Shown one piece after another: positions 1 through 9,137 of a stretch of 64,000 bases of DNA. The stretch covers positions 1,721 through 65,720 of the forward strand of contig JAWKRR010000018.1 in NCBI GenBank assembly GCA_041389525.1, given 5' to 3'. A program made the translations under genes and the position numbers. The stretch comes from Myxococcota bacterium. Its GTDB lineage: Bacteria > Myxococcota_A > UBA9042 > PHBI01 > JACKFB01. The notes under the pieces were generated by a model. That model was not told where the DNA came from, made no database searches, and saw only the letters and a list, made by a program, of their open reading frames with translations. The stretch's first letter is position 1; every line of letters begins with the position of its first letter.

Positions 1-5
1 CGGCC

Positions 6-3000
6 GTGCTGAGCGCCAGCCTCGACGCGCTGCCCACCAGCGCGGTGGCGCTCTTCGAGCCGCCCGGTGGCATCACCAACCTCGCCGCGGGCGCGCTGCT
101 GCCCGGGATCTCCGGCAGCTTCCGCCACATCCAGGTCGCCGACCTGCTGGTCGCCGCGTCGTCGACGGCCTCGGTCGGCATGTCGAACCTCGCGGTCACC
201 CTGGTCCTGCCGGGTGACGGCTCGGCCCGGGTCGTCATCGCCGACCAGGACGGCGCGGTCCTGCAGAAGCGAGCCTTCGCCAGCGTCGCCGACTCCTGGG
301 CGACCGACATCGAGCCGATGATGCGCGGCCTGGGCCTGGTCCACCGCTTCGACAAGCCGCAGTCGCCCGACCTCCGCGTCCGCGTGCGCTCGTACCTGCG
401 CTACGACAGCGGCAACTCGTCGTCGGCGCCCTTCGCGCCCATGGAGCAGGGCACGCTGCTGGCCGAGTCCACGTTCGGACCGCTGGTCGCGCCGGCCGCC
501 ACCGCCACGGTGGACTCGGACTGCGACGGCGTCGGCGAGGCGTTCGACACGGTGACCATGATAGGCCAGCCCGAGATCCTGAAGTCCCCCCAAGACACCC
601 TCTCGGTGCTGGTCGGCAACGCGCTGGCGCTGATGTGCACCGCGTCGTCCCCGCCGGGGGCAGCCGCGCTCACCTTCCAGTGGAAATCCTCAGTCGCCGC
701 CGATCTGTTCGAGCCCGCGGGTGCCGCCGTCCAGTTCACCGCGAGCTCGTCGGGGACCCGCTCGGTGACCTGCTCGACGACCTGGGAGGGCACGACGCTG
801 TCGCGCGTGTTCACGGTCGTCGCCCAGGCCGCCAACGCCGCCAACACGCGCCCCACCTGCATGCCCACCGCCGACGCCAAGCTGCTGCTGGTCGGCGGCT
901 CGACGGGGCTGGTGGCGAACGCGGTGGACCCCGACGGCGACACGGCGCTCAAGGTCGAGTGGGGCGTGTTGAACGCCGGCGGGGAGTTCGGCGGATCGCC
1001 GTTCTTGTCGGCCTTTGGTGGCCCGTCGACGCTGTTCGGGCCGGTCACGGCGGCGGGCACCTACAAGGTCGCGTGCCGCGCGTCGGACGCGGGCGGGCAG
1101 GGGCCGCACGGGGTCGTCGAGGTCCAGGTGCTGCCTGCGGCGTCGAACCTGCCGCCCAGCCTCGCGCTGCTGAGTCCAGCCGGCGCCACGGTGGCGGCGG
1201 GCGAGGCGCTGACGTTGACGGCGTCGGCGAAGGACTCCGACGCGCTGACCTTCAGCTGGTCGCCGACGGCCTTCGTGACGGCGGGGAGCGACGACGGGGC
1301 CAAGGGCAGCGCGACCTTCGTCAGCGCGGTCCCGGGCCTCTACTCGGTCTTCGTCAGCATCGGCGACGGGACCAACCCGCCGGTTTTGCTGAAGTCGGTC
1401 GTGCTGGTGACCGGGTCGCCGCTGGGCTTTGACGCCGACGGCGACGGGTTTTTCAGCGCGGGCGTGCCGCTGGACTGCAATGACGGCGACCCGCTGGTGA
1501 ACCCGGCCGCGGCGGAGATCTGCGGCAACGGCGTCGATGACAACTGCAGCGGCGCCCAGGACGAGGGCTTCCCGGACGTCAACGGCGACGGCGTGGCCGA
1601 GTGTGTGCCTTTTGGCACAGGCAGCGACAGCGACGGCGACGGGGTCGTGGACGCTGACGACAACTGCCCGTTCCTGCCCAACCCGGGCCAGGCCGACGCG
1701 GACGGCGACGGCATCGGCGACGCGTGCGACCTGGGGTGTCCGCCGGTCTGCAACGACGGGAACCCGTGCACCACGGACTCGTGCAACCCGGCCACGTTCA
1801 ATTGCCAGTTCGTCCCGAACAGCGCGGCGTGCAGCGACGGCGACGCGTGCACGGTGGGCGACGCCTGCGTGGCTGGGGCTTGCGTCCCGGGGCAGGCGGA
1901 GGACTGCGACGACGGCGACGCCTGCACCGACGACGCCTGCGACAAGCTGCTCGGCTGCACCGCGCTGGTGAACACGGGCGGCTGCGACGACGGCGACCCC
2001 TGCACCCTGGTGGACACCTGCGTCGCGGGCGAGTGCATCGGCGTGGGAGCGCCGACCTGCGACGACGGGAACCCCTGCACGGCCGACACCTGCAACGGCG
2101 ACACCGGCGCGTGCGAGCACTTGGACCTGGCCGTGGCCTGCGACGACGCGAACGCCTGCACCGAGGGGGACTTTTGCTCGGTCGGCGCCTGCCTGCCCGG
2201 GCCGGCGCAGGACTGCGACGACGGGAACCCGTGCACCAGCGACGTGTGCGACAAGACCACGGGGGCGTGCGTGAACCTGCCGATCGCGGCGGGCTGCGAC
2301 GACGGCAACTCGTGCACGGCGGACGACGCGTGCGTGGCGGGGGCGTGCGTGGGCGGGCCCAACGGGTGCGCGTGCGCTGAGGACGGCGACTGCGCGGTCA
2401 AAGAGGACGGCGACGCCTGCAACGGCACGCTCATCTGCAAGCTCAACGAGTGCGTCGTGGACCCGCTGACCCTGGTGAGCTGCGCGGTGTCGAGCACGCC
2501 GTGCCAGAAGAACGTCTGCGTGCCCGCGACGGGGCTGTGCGCGCTGAGCCCGGTGCCCGACAGCGCCGGCTGCGACGACGGCGACGGCTGCACTCTGGGA
2601 GACACCTGCGCCGCGGGGACCTGCGTCGCGGGGGCGGCGGCGAGCTGCGACGACGGCAACGCCTGCACGGACGACAGCTGCGACCCCGTGACGGGCCTGT
2701 GCGCGCATGCGCCCAACACGGCGGCGTGCGATGACGGCAACGCGTGCACGACCGGGGACACGTGCGGCGCCAGCGTGTGCGTCGGGCTGGTTCCGGTCGA
2801 CTGCGACGACGGCAACCCCTGCACCACCGACTCGTGCCTCAGCCTCAGCGGCTGCATCCACGCGCCGAACGCGCTTCCGTGCGACGACGGCGCCGCGTGC
2901 ACGGTCGGCGACGGCTGCGCGGCCGGAAGCTGCGCGAGCGGGGGCAACGTCTGCCAGTGCCAGGGCACGCTCGATTGCGCGGCGTTCGAGGACGGCAACC

Positions 3001-6000
3001 TGTGCAACGGCACCTTGGTCTGCGCGGACAATCAGTGCGTCGTCGACCCGCTGAGCCCGGTGGTCTGCGGGCAGGCGCCGCCGTGCCAGGCCAACATGTG
3101 CGAGCCCAGCAGCGGCGAGTGCGTGGCGCTGGCGATGGGCGACGGCACCCCCTGCGATGACGGCGACGGGTGCACGGTGGGCGACGTGTGCGGCCTGGGC
3201 GTGTGCGTGGGCGGCGGGCCGCTGGACTGCGGCGAGGGCGGGTCCTGCGCGGGCGGCGTGTGCAGCGGCGGGGCCCTGGCGACCTGTCGCGACCTGGCGC
3301 TGTGCTACTTCGCGTGCGGGCTGCCTGGCGCGCCCGACAACTGCAACAGCGACTGCGAGGCCGCCGCGCTGCCTTCAGCGACCGCCGAGCTTGGCGTGTT
3401 CATCGATTGCCTAGACGCGGCCTGCCTCGTGGACCCGTCGCCCGGCTGCGACCACCCGAACAACCCCGTGTGCGCGGTGCAGCTCGCGAGCTGCTTGCAG
3501 TGCGAGACGGACGACCAGTGCGACTACGGGAACACGTGCGCGAACGCGGTCTGCACGGTGGGCGGGAGCTGCGACGTCTCGCCCATCGGCGACGGCACAC
3601 AGTGCGACGACGGCGACGCCTGCACCGCGGACGACTCGTGTCTGGCCGGCGAGTGCGTGGCGTCGCCCGGGCTCGACTGCGATGACGGCAACCTGTGCAC
3701 CGCCGAGGTGTGCGACGGCCTCGGCGGGTGCGTGTCCACGGCGGTCGAGGGCTGCAACCCCACCGACGACCTGGACTTCGACGACTCCACGGCGGACGTG
3801 GACTGCGACGACGGCGACGCGACGGTGTACCCGGGCGCGCCCGAGCTGTGCGACGGCCAGGACAACGACTGCGACGGCGCGGCCGAGGGGTTGGTGGGCA
3901 CGGACTGCGCGGTCGGCGAGGTGTGCATCGAGGCGGGCTGCGTGGACGTGGCGGTCGAGTGCGCGTCGGTCGATGCGTGCGTCGCCGTGTGCGGTGGCGA
4001 CTCGGTGTGCGCGGAGGCGTGCGTCAGCGCGGCGTCGCCGGCGTACCAGGCGGCGCGACAGGGGCTCAGCGAGTGCCTCGACGCGAGCTGCCCGACCGGC
4101 GACGAAGGGAACTGCTACAGCGTGGCGATCGGCGGGCCCTGCGCGGGCTGGGCGGTGTGCGGGGAGGGCGCCTGTGTCCCGGACTGCGCGGGCAAGACGT
4201 GCGGCGACGACGGATGCGGCCAAGAGTGCGGCGTGTGCCAGCCCGAGGACGTCTGCATCGCGTTCCAGTGCGGGGCGCCGGAGTGCTTCAACGAGACGGA
4301 TTGCCTCCCTGGCGAGTTCTGTAACGGCGGCGTCTGCCGCGACCTGAACTGCCCCGAGGGCTGCCCGGGCGGTCAGGTGTGCGCGCCGGGCGGCTGCGTG
4401 GACCCGACGCCGTGTCTGGGCGACGGCGACTGCGCCACCGCCGATTCGTGCCTCGAGGCGACGTGTGTGGGCAATTTCTGTCAGTTCTCGCCTGTGAATT
4501 GCGACGACGGGAACCCGTGCACCGTCGACTCCTGCGACGGCTCGGGCGCTGCGGCGCTGTGCGTGAACGCGGCCGTGCCCACCGGCGTGTCCTGCGAGCT
4601 GGTCAGCAGCTGCGCGGCGCCCTTCGGCATCTGCTCGCTGGGGAGCTGCCTGCCGGTCGAGCCGGTGGTCTGCAACGACGGCGATCTCTGCACGGTCGAC
4701 GGCTGCCAGGAGGGCGTCGGGTGCGTCTTCGAGCCGCTGTGCGCGGGCGGCGAGGTGTGCTTCGGGGACGGGCGGTGCTTGGTGGCGGGCGCGGGCTGCA
4801 CGCTCGACGCTCAGTGCGCGACCGGCGACCCGTGCGTGCAGGGGCAATGCTTCCAGAACGTCTGCGTCGAGCTGTCGTACTGCGACGACAACAACCCCTG
4901 CACCGACGACCTCTGCTCGCTGAGCCCCGGCCTGACCTGCGACTATCAGACGAGCACCTTGAACGGCTCGGCCTGCAACGTCGGGGCGTCGGGATGCGGC
5001 GGATTCGTGTGCGACTCCGGTAGCTGCGTCGAGGACGTCGGGGCCCCGCCGCCCTGTCCCGACGACGGCGACGTCTGCACCATCGCGCAGTGCTTCGGCG
5101 CGGGCGCCTGCGGCTACGTGTCCATCGCGTGCGACGACGGCGATCCCTGCACAACGGACTCCTGCGACCCGATCTCGGGCTGTGCTTCGACGCCCGTCGA
5201 TTGCGGGGCGGGCGCGCTGTGCCACCTCGGCGGCTGCGTCCCGGAGATCCCGTGCGGGACCGTCGCCGAGTGTCCGGCCCCGGTCGACGCCTGCGAGGTC
5301 TACGCCTGCGAGGGCTCGCTGTGCTTGCCGTCGCCGCTGGGCTGCGACGACGCGAACCCGTGCACGCAGGACTTCTGCGACCCCGGCTCGCCGCTGTCCC
5401 CCTGCCAGCACCCCGCGCGGCCCTTCGCGTCGGGCTGCGGCGGCGCCTGCGAGTTCGGGTTCTGCGTCGCCGGCGTGTGCTCGGGCCTGACCCCGGTCGG
5501 GTGCAGCGACGGCGACCCGTGCACGCTGGATAGCTGCGACGCGGGCAGCGGAAACTGCACGTTCACGCCGGTGTGTTCCGGCGACGACGTGTGCTTGGGC
5601 GGCCAGTGCTACGCGGGCCCCTCGTGCGCCGACGCGAGCGGGTGCGACGACGGCGACCCGTGCACGCAGGACATCTGCCACGAGTCGGTGTGCGTCAATC
5701 TCCCGCAGTGCGACGACGGCAACCCCTGCACGGCGGACTCTTGCCTGCTCGGCGCGTGCACCTTCGACCCGACGCCCATGGAGGCCGCCGGCTGCGACAC
5801 GGGCAGCGCCTGCCTGACCGGCGCCTGCGTCCTGGGCGCCTGTCTGCCCGCAGCGCCGGTGACCTGCCCCGACGACGGAAACCTGTGCACCGTCGCGCAG
5901 TGTCACCCCGAGCTTGGCTGCGTCGTCCAGCCCGCCGACTGCGCCGGCGACCCGTGCGAGGTGGCCGACTGCAACCCCGTGACCGGCTGCAGCGCCACCC

Positions 6001-6371
6001 CCATCGACTGCGGCGTCGAGGCTGCGTGTTTCCAGGGCGGCTGCTACTTCAGCCCGCCATGCGCCGACGTCTCCGATTGCCCGCCGCCGCCGGACGCCTG
6101 CTCCACGTTCGCGTGCATCGGAGAGTCCTGCGTCCTCGTGGCGGTCGCGTGTGACGACCTCGACCCGTGCACCGACGACTACTGCGACGGCGGGCTCGGC
6201 TGCCAGAACGTCCCGCTGAACTGCGAGCCCGGCTACACCTGCAACGCCGGCACCTGCGAGTGCGTCCCCGACTGCGCCGGCAAGCAGTGCGGGGACGACG
6301 GTTGTGGCGGCGCGTGCGGCGTGTGCGCAGAGGGCGACGTGTGCAACGACGGCCTCTGCTTCGCGCAGTAG
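6..6371 (+). CDS. Giant Cys-rich surface protein (PKD/Ig-like repeats, MopE-related putative metal-binding motifs, thrombospondin type 3 repeat, many CDDGNxCTxDxC repeats); probably 5'-truncated by the window edge
   Basis: 2121-aa ORF. Motifs DADGDG..DCNDGD..NPAAAEICGNGVDDNC and DCDDGDATVYPGAPELCDGQDNDCDG (MopE-like); DSDGDGVVDADDNCPFLPNPGQADADGDGIGDACD (TSP3); dozens of CDDG[ND]xCTxDxC repeats; C-terminal CVPDCAGKQCGDDGCGG. Confidence 0.9.
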   Translation: MLSASLDALPTSAVALFEPPGGITNLAAGALLPGISGSFRHIQVADLLVAASSTASVGMSNLAVTLVLPGDGSARVVIADQDGAVLQKRAFASVADSWATDIEPMMRGLGLVHRFDKPQSPDLRVRVRSYLRYDSGNSSSAPFAPMEQGTLLAESTFGPLVAPAATATVDSDCDGVGEAFDTVTMIGQPEILKSPQDTLSVLVGNALALMCTASSPPGAAALTFQWKSSVAADLFEPAGAAVQFTASSSGTRSVTCSTTWEGTTLSRVFTVVAQAANAANTRPTCMPTADAKLLLVGGSTGLVANAVDPDGDTALKVEWGVLNAGGEFGGSPFLSAFGGPSTLFGPVTAAGTYKVACRASDAGGQGPHGVVEVQVLPAASNLPPSLALLSPAGATVAAGEALTLTASAKDSDALTFSWSPTAFVTAGSDDGAKGSATFVSAVPGLYSVFVSIGDGTNPPVLLKSVVLVTGSPLGFDADGDGFFSAGVPLDCNDGDPLVNPAAAEICGNGVDDNCSGAQDEGFPDVNGDGVAECVPFGTGSDSDGDGVVDADDNCPFLPNPGQADADGDGIGDACDLGCPPVCNDGNPCTTDSCNPATFNCQFVPNSAACSDGDACTVGDACVAGACVPGQAEDCDDGDACTDDACDKLLGCTALVNTGGCDDGDPCTLVDTCVAGECIGVGAPTCDDGNPCTADTCNGDTGACEHLDLAVACDDANACTEGDFCSVGACLPGPAQDCDDGNPCTSDVCDKTTGACVNLPIAAGCDDGNSCTADDACVAGACVGGPNGCACAEDGDCAVKEDGDACNGTLICKLNECVVDPLTLVSCAVSSTPCQKNVCVPATGLCALSPVPDSAGCDDGDGCTLGDTCAAGTCVAGAAASCDDGNACTDDSCDPVTGLCAHAPNTAACDDGNACTTGDTCGASVCVGLVPVDCDDGNPCTTDSCLSLSGCIHAPNALPCDDGAACTVGDGCAAGSCASGGNVCQCQGTLDCAAFEDGNLCNGTLVCADNQCVVDPLSPVVCGQAPPCQANMCEPSSGECVALAMGDGTPCDDGDGCTVGDVCGLGVCVGGGPLDCGEGGSCAGGVCSGGALATCRDLALCYFACGLPGAPDNCNSDCEAAALPSATAELGVFIDCLDAACLVDPSPGCDHPNNPVCAVQLASCLQCETDDQCDYGNTCANAVCTVGGSCDVSPIGDGTQCDDGDACTADDSCLAGECVASPGLDCDDGNLCTAEVCDGLGGCVSTAVEGCNPTDDLDFDDSTADVDCDDGDATVYPGAPELCDGQDNDCDGAAEGLVGTDCAVGEVCIEAGCVDVAVECASVDACVAVCGGDSVCAEACVSAASPAYQAARQGLSECLDASCPTGDEGNCYSVAIGGPCAGWAVCGEGACVPDCAGKTCGDDGCGQECGVCQPEDVCIAFQCGAPECFNETDCLPGEFCNGGVCRDLNCPEGCPGGQVCAPGGCVDPTPCLGDGDCATADSCLEATCVGNFCQFSPVNCDDGNPCTVDSCDGSGAAALCVNAAVPTGVSCELVSSCAAPFGICSLGSCLPVEPVVCNDGDLCTVDGCQEGVGCVFEPLCAGGEVCFGDGRCLVAGAGCTLDAQCATGDPCVQGQCFQNVCVELSYCDDNNPCTDDLCSLSPGLTCDYQTSTLNGSACNVGASGCGGFVCDSGSCVEDVGAPPPCPDDGDVCTIAQCFGAGACGYVSIACDDGDPCTTDSCDPISGCASTPVDCGAGALCHLGGCVPEIPCGTVAECPAPVDACEVYACEGSLCLPSPLGCDDANPCTQDFCDPGSPLSPCQHPARPFASGCGGACEFGFCVAGVCSGLTPVGCSDGDPCTLDSCDAGSGNCTFTPVCSGDDVCLGGQCYAGPSCADASGCDDGDPCTQDICHESVCVNLPQCDDGNPCTADSCLLGACTFDPTPMEAAGCDTGSACLTGACVLGACLPAAPVTCPDDGNLCTVAQCHPELGCVVQPADCAGDPCEVADCNPVTGCSATPIDCGVEAACFQGGCYFSPPCADVSDCPPPPDACSTFACIGESCVLVAVACDDLDPCTDDYCDGGLGCQNVPLNCEPGYTCNAGTCECVPDCAGKQCGDDGCGGACGVCAEGDVCNDGLCFAQ

Positions 6372-6401
6372 CGGCCGGCGCTCGGCGAGGGGCGCCGGCC
6401 T

Positions 6402-7274
6402 CTATTCGGGCGACGCGCCAGGGCCTGGGCAGGGCGCGCGGAGGGCTGGCGGCAGCGGCGTCGCGGGGGCGGTGGTGGGCCAGCCGCGCGCGTCGATGAC
6501 GGCCTGGAGCGCGGCGATTCGCACGTCGCCGACGGGGTGGGTGCGGGTGAAATCGAAGCGGTTGACCCAGCTCTCGTCGCCGGCCTCGGCCAGGATTCCC
6601 ATGACGGAGACGGCGCCGCTGGCGTGTCCGCGGGTCTGGTGCAGCAGGCTGAGGCCGACGCGGTCGGCGGCGATCTCCTGGTCGCGGCCGTGGGCGGTCT
6701 GGGCGGCGTTGATGGCCGCGCCGACCACCGACGCGCCGTCGACGCCGCCCATCGACAGCACGCCCTGCAGGATGACGCCGATGGCTACGCTGCGGCCGAG
6801 CCCGCGAAGCTGGTCTCTGTGGATGAAGTGGCCGAGCTCGTGGCCGAGGATGAAGGCGAGCTGGCTTTCGTCGCTGAGCCGGGCGAGCAAGCCCGAGGTG
6901 ACGACCACGATGCCGCCGGGCAGGGCCATGGCGTTCGGGGTCTCGTCGCACAGCACGTGGACTTTCCACTCGTAGGGCATGGGCTGGGCGGCGGCGGCGA
7001 TGGGCTCGAACAGGCTGGCGAGGGCCTGGTCCGCCTCGGCGCTGGCGCCGGCGCCGCCCAGGCCCTCGAGCATCGACGAGCCCAGGGGCGCGAAGATCTC
7101 GCGCTCGGTGTCCATGGAGATGCGGACGACGATGCTCTCCGCGAACCAGCCCAGCAGGGCGGCGGCGCAGGCGGCGAACGCGACGGTGCCGGTCAGCAGC
7201 CAGACCACGTCGCGCACCGGCGTCTGGCGGCCGATGTTGGGCGCGTCGTCGGGCTGGCGTGGCTCGCTCCTCAC
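6402..7274 (-). CDS. M48 family zinc metallopeptidase
   Basis: N-terminal TM helix, PNAMALPGG, HELGH (HExxH), downstream QEIAAD and THP motifs typical of M48. Confidence 0.9.
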   Translation of the reverse strand: MRSEPRQPDDAPNIGRQTPVRDVVWLLTGTVAFAACAAALLGWFAESIVVRISMDTEREIFAPLGSSMLEGLGGAGASAEADQALASLFEPIAAAAQPMPYEWKVHVLCDETPNAMALPGGIVVVTSGLLARLSDESQLAFILGHELGHFIHRDQLRGLGRSVAIGVILQGVLSMGGVDGASVVGAAINAAQTAHGRDQEIAADRVGLSLLHQTRGHASGAVSVMGILAEAGDESWVNRFDFTRTHPVGDVRIAALQAVIDARGWPTTAPATPLPPALRAPCPGPGASPE

Positions 7275-7738
7275 GCGCCGAGCCGGACCGCCGTGCCGAA
7301 CGCGAAGATCTCGACGCCCGCGGTGCCTTTGCCGTTGGCGCCGGCGCTGGCGAGGCGCGAGGTCTCGACGCGCACGCAGATGATGGTGTCGTAGCCCAGG
7401 CGCTGCGCCTCCTCCTTCATGCGCAGCACGGCCTCGCGGCGCCCGCGGTCGAGCAGGGTCTCGTAGGTCGACAGCCGCCCGCCGAAGAGCTTGCGCAGGC
7501 CGGCCACGAAGCTCTTGAAGTAGTCGACGGACACGACGACGCCGCCGGTGACGAGGCAGCGGTCCGTGCTGCCGTCGAGGCCCGGCAGGCGTTGCAGCGG
7601 CACCACGGTCATGCTGGCCGTCGCCTGCTCGCGTTCGCGGATGGAGCGGTAGTGATTCGCTTCCAGGCGCCGACCGACGCCGTAGCCGACGAGGAGCAGG
7701 ACGAGCAGGCCCCCGAGTTGAAAAGCAAGCTCTTCCAC
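7271..7738 (-). CDS. YbjQ/UPF0145 family protein with N-terminal TM helix
   Basis: YETLLDRGRREAVLRMKEEA...FAFGTAV matches the YbjQ pattern; overlaps the M48 gene start by 4 nt. Confidence 0.85.
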   Translation of the reverse strand: MEELAFQLGGLLVLLLVGYGVGRRLEANHYRSIREREQATASMTVVPLQRLPGLDGSTDRCLVTGGVVVSVDYFKSFVAGLRKLFGGRLSTYETLLDRGRREAVLRMKEEAQRLGYDTIICVRVETSRLASAGANGKGTAGVEIFAFGTAVRLGA

Positions 7739-7742
7739 GGGG

Positions 7743-8057
7743 TTACTCGACCCGGACGGCGGTGCCGTAGGCGAAGAGCTCGGCGGCGCCCTGGGCCACC
7801 GACGACGTGGCGAAGCGCAGATTGACCACGGCGTTGGCGCCGACGGACTCGGCCTGCGCGGTCATGCGCTGGATGGCCTCGTTCCGCGAGTCGCTCAGCA
7901 GCTCGGTGTAGCCTTTTAGCTCGCCGCCGACGATGTTTTTGAAGCTCGCCGCGATGTCGCGCCCGATGTGTTTGGCGCGGACCGTGCTGCCGGTCACGAG
8001 ACCGTAGAACGCGACGACGCGCATGCCCGGAACGCCTTCTGTGGTGGTCAGGATCAT
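7743..8057 (-). CDS. YbjQ/UPF0145 family protein
   Basis: MILTTTEGVPG...GSTVRAKHIGRDIAASFKNIVGGELKGYTELL...AYGTAV; start set at the ATG at 8057. Confidence 0.9.
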   Translation of the reverse strand: MILTTTEGVPGMRVVAFYGLVTGSTVRAKHIGRDIAASFKNIVGGELKGYTELLSDSRNEAIQRMTAQAESVGANAVVNLRFATSSVAQGAAELFAYGTAVRVE

Positions 8058-8157
8058 GGTGTGCTCCGTGAGGGGGAGCCCGATGGTGAACTGTCGTGGG
8101 GGCGGGCGCAACGGGGGCTGGCTTTGCTTTGATGGCCGGCGGGCTGGGGGGCTGGAG

Positions 8158-8493
8158 TCAGCGCAGCCAGAGCGCGAGCACGATGAGCAGGCCGACCACG
8201 TAGAGGGCGCCGAAGATGGTCTTGTTGTGCCGGGCGAGCCACTCGGGGAGGAAGATGTCGAAGTTGTCGCGCCGGTCGGTGGTGTAGCGGGCGGCGACCG
8301 CGGTCAGGGGGCAGCTCCAGCGGTTCAGGAGCAGGACGACGACCTCGCCCATGACGACGGCGCAGAGGGCGGCCGCGAGCGGGAGGGCTCCGCAGGCGGC
8401 GACGATGGGGATGGCGACAATGCAGCCGGCGAACACCGCCCAGACGGCCGTGTGAACCAACTTCACCGCCAAGAGCCGTGACTCATTCGTCAT
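8158..8493 (-). CDS. Small integral membrane hypothetical protein
   Basis: MTNESRLLAVKLVHTAVWAVF...WSCPLT...FDIFLPEWLARHNK; three hydrophobic segments. The longer 383-aa ORF in the track is a spurious upstream extension. Confidence 0.7.
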   Translation of the reverse strand: MTNESRLLAVKLVHTAVWAVFAGCIVAIPIVAACGALPLAAALCAVVMGEVVVLLLNRWSCPLTAVAARYTTDRRDNFDIFLPEWLARHNKTIFGALYVVGLLIVLALWLR

Positions 8494-8546
8494 ATGCCAG
8501 CTACGAATTCGTAAGTCGGTGGGTGATCTCGGGACCGCCGGCCGCG

Positions 8547-9035
8547 CTAGAAGAGCGGGTCGCCTGGCAGCTCCGCGGCCTGCCTGAGCCAACTGGCCAG
8601 CAGCTCCTCGTCGAGCCGCTCGCCCTCGTGGATGTGGAGGTAGCGCGTGTTCGGCTGCTTGGAGGCGACGGGTGGGAGCGGGGTCAGCGATGTGCCGCGG
8701 AGAAAGGTCACCTTCAGGTACTTCGCGAAGCAGTGGAACCCCAGAAACCAGCCCTGGCCCGCGACCCCGTAGAACGGCGTGTTCCATCGCACGGCTTTGC
8801 GAACGTGGGGGACGGTGCGGGTGATGAGCGCGTCCAGGTGGCGGCCGGCGTCGCGTTTCCAACCCGGCATGGCGGCGAGATAGGCCTGCACGGGCGCGTC
8901 GCCGTCGCCTTTCGGGATCTGGGGGTTGCCGCCCGACAGGAGCTTCGGTTCGCCTGCGGGCGGCGGGGCGATCGCCTTCTTCGCGGGCTTGGTCTTGGCG
9001 TTTGGCGAGGTCGGGCCTGGCATCGTCGTCACCAT
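8547..9035 (-). CDS. DUF1801 (YdhG-like) domain protein
   Basis: LLSGGNPQIPKGDGDAPVQAYLAAMPGWK...KAVRWNTPFYG...FHCFAKYLKVTF, a typical DUF1801 signature. Confidence 0.85.
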   Translation of the reverse strand: MVTTMPGPTSPNAKTKPAKKAIAPPPAGEPKLLSGGNPQIPKGDGDAPVQAYLAAMPGWKRDAGRHLDALITRTVPHVRKAVRWNTPFYGVAGQGWFLGFHCFAKYLKVTFLRGTSLTPLPPVASKQPNTRYLHIHEGERLDEELLASWLRQAAELPGDPLF

Positions 9036-9137
9036 GGTGCGGGCGGTTCGGTCGCCGTGGTGACGCGACGATACCCAGGGTGAGCGCCGCGGGCCAGTCC
9101 CCGCCCGCGACGCCCGAGACCCGCTGCCGCGGGACGC

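Noticed and set aside
690-5906. Long antisense and alternative-frame ORFs (e.g. 690..2861, 3411..5906, 43165..45747, 58247..60583)
   Set aside because: These are shadow ORFs of GC-rich, repetitive Cys-repeat genes, with low-complexity Arg/Ala/Val or Ser/Pro/Gln composition and no motifs.
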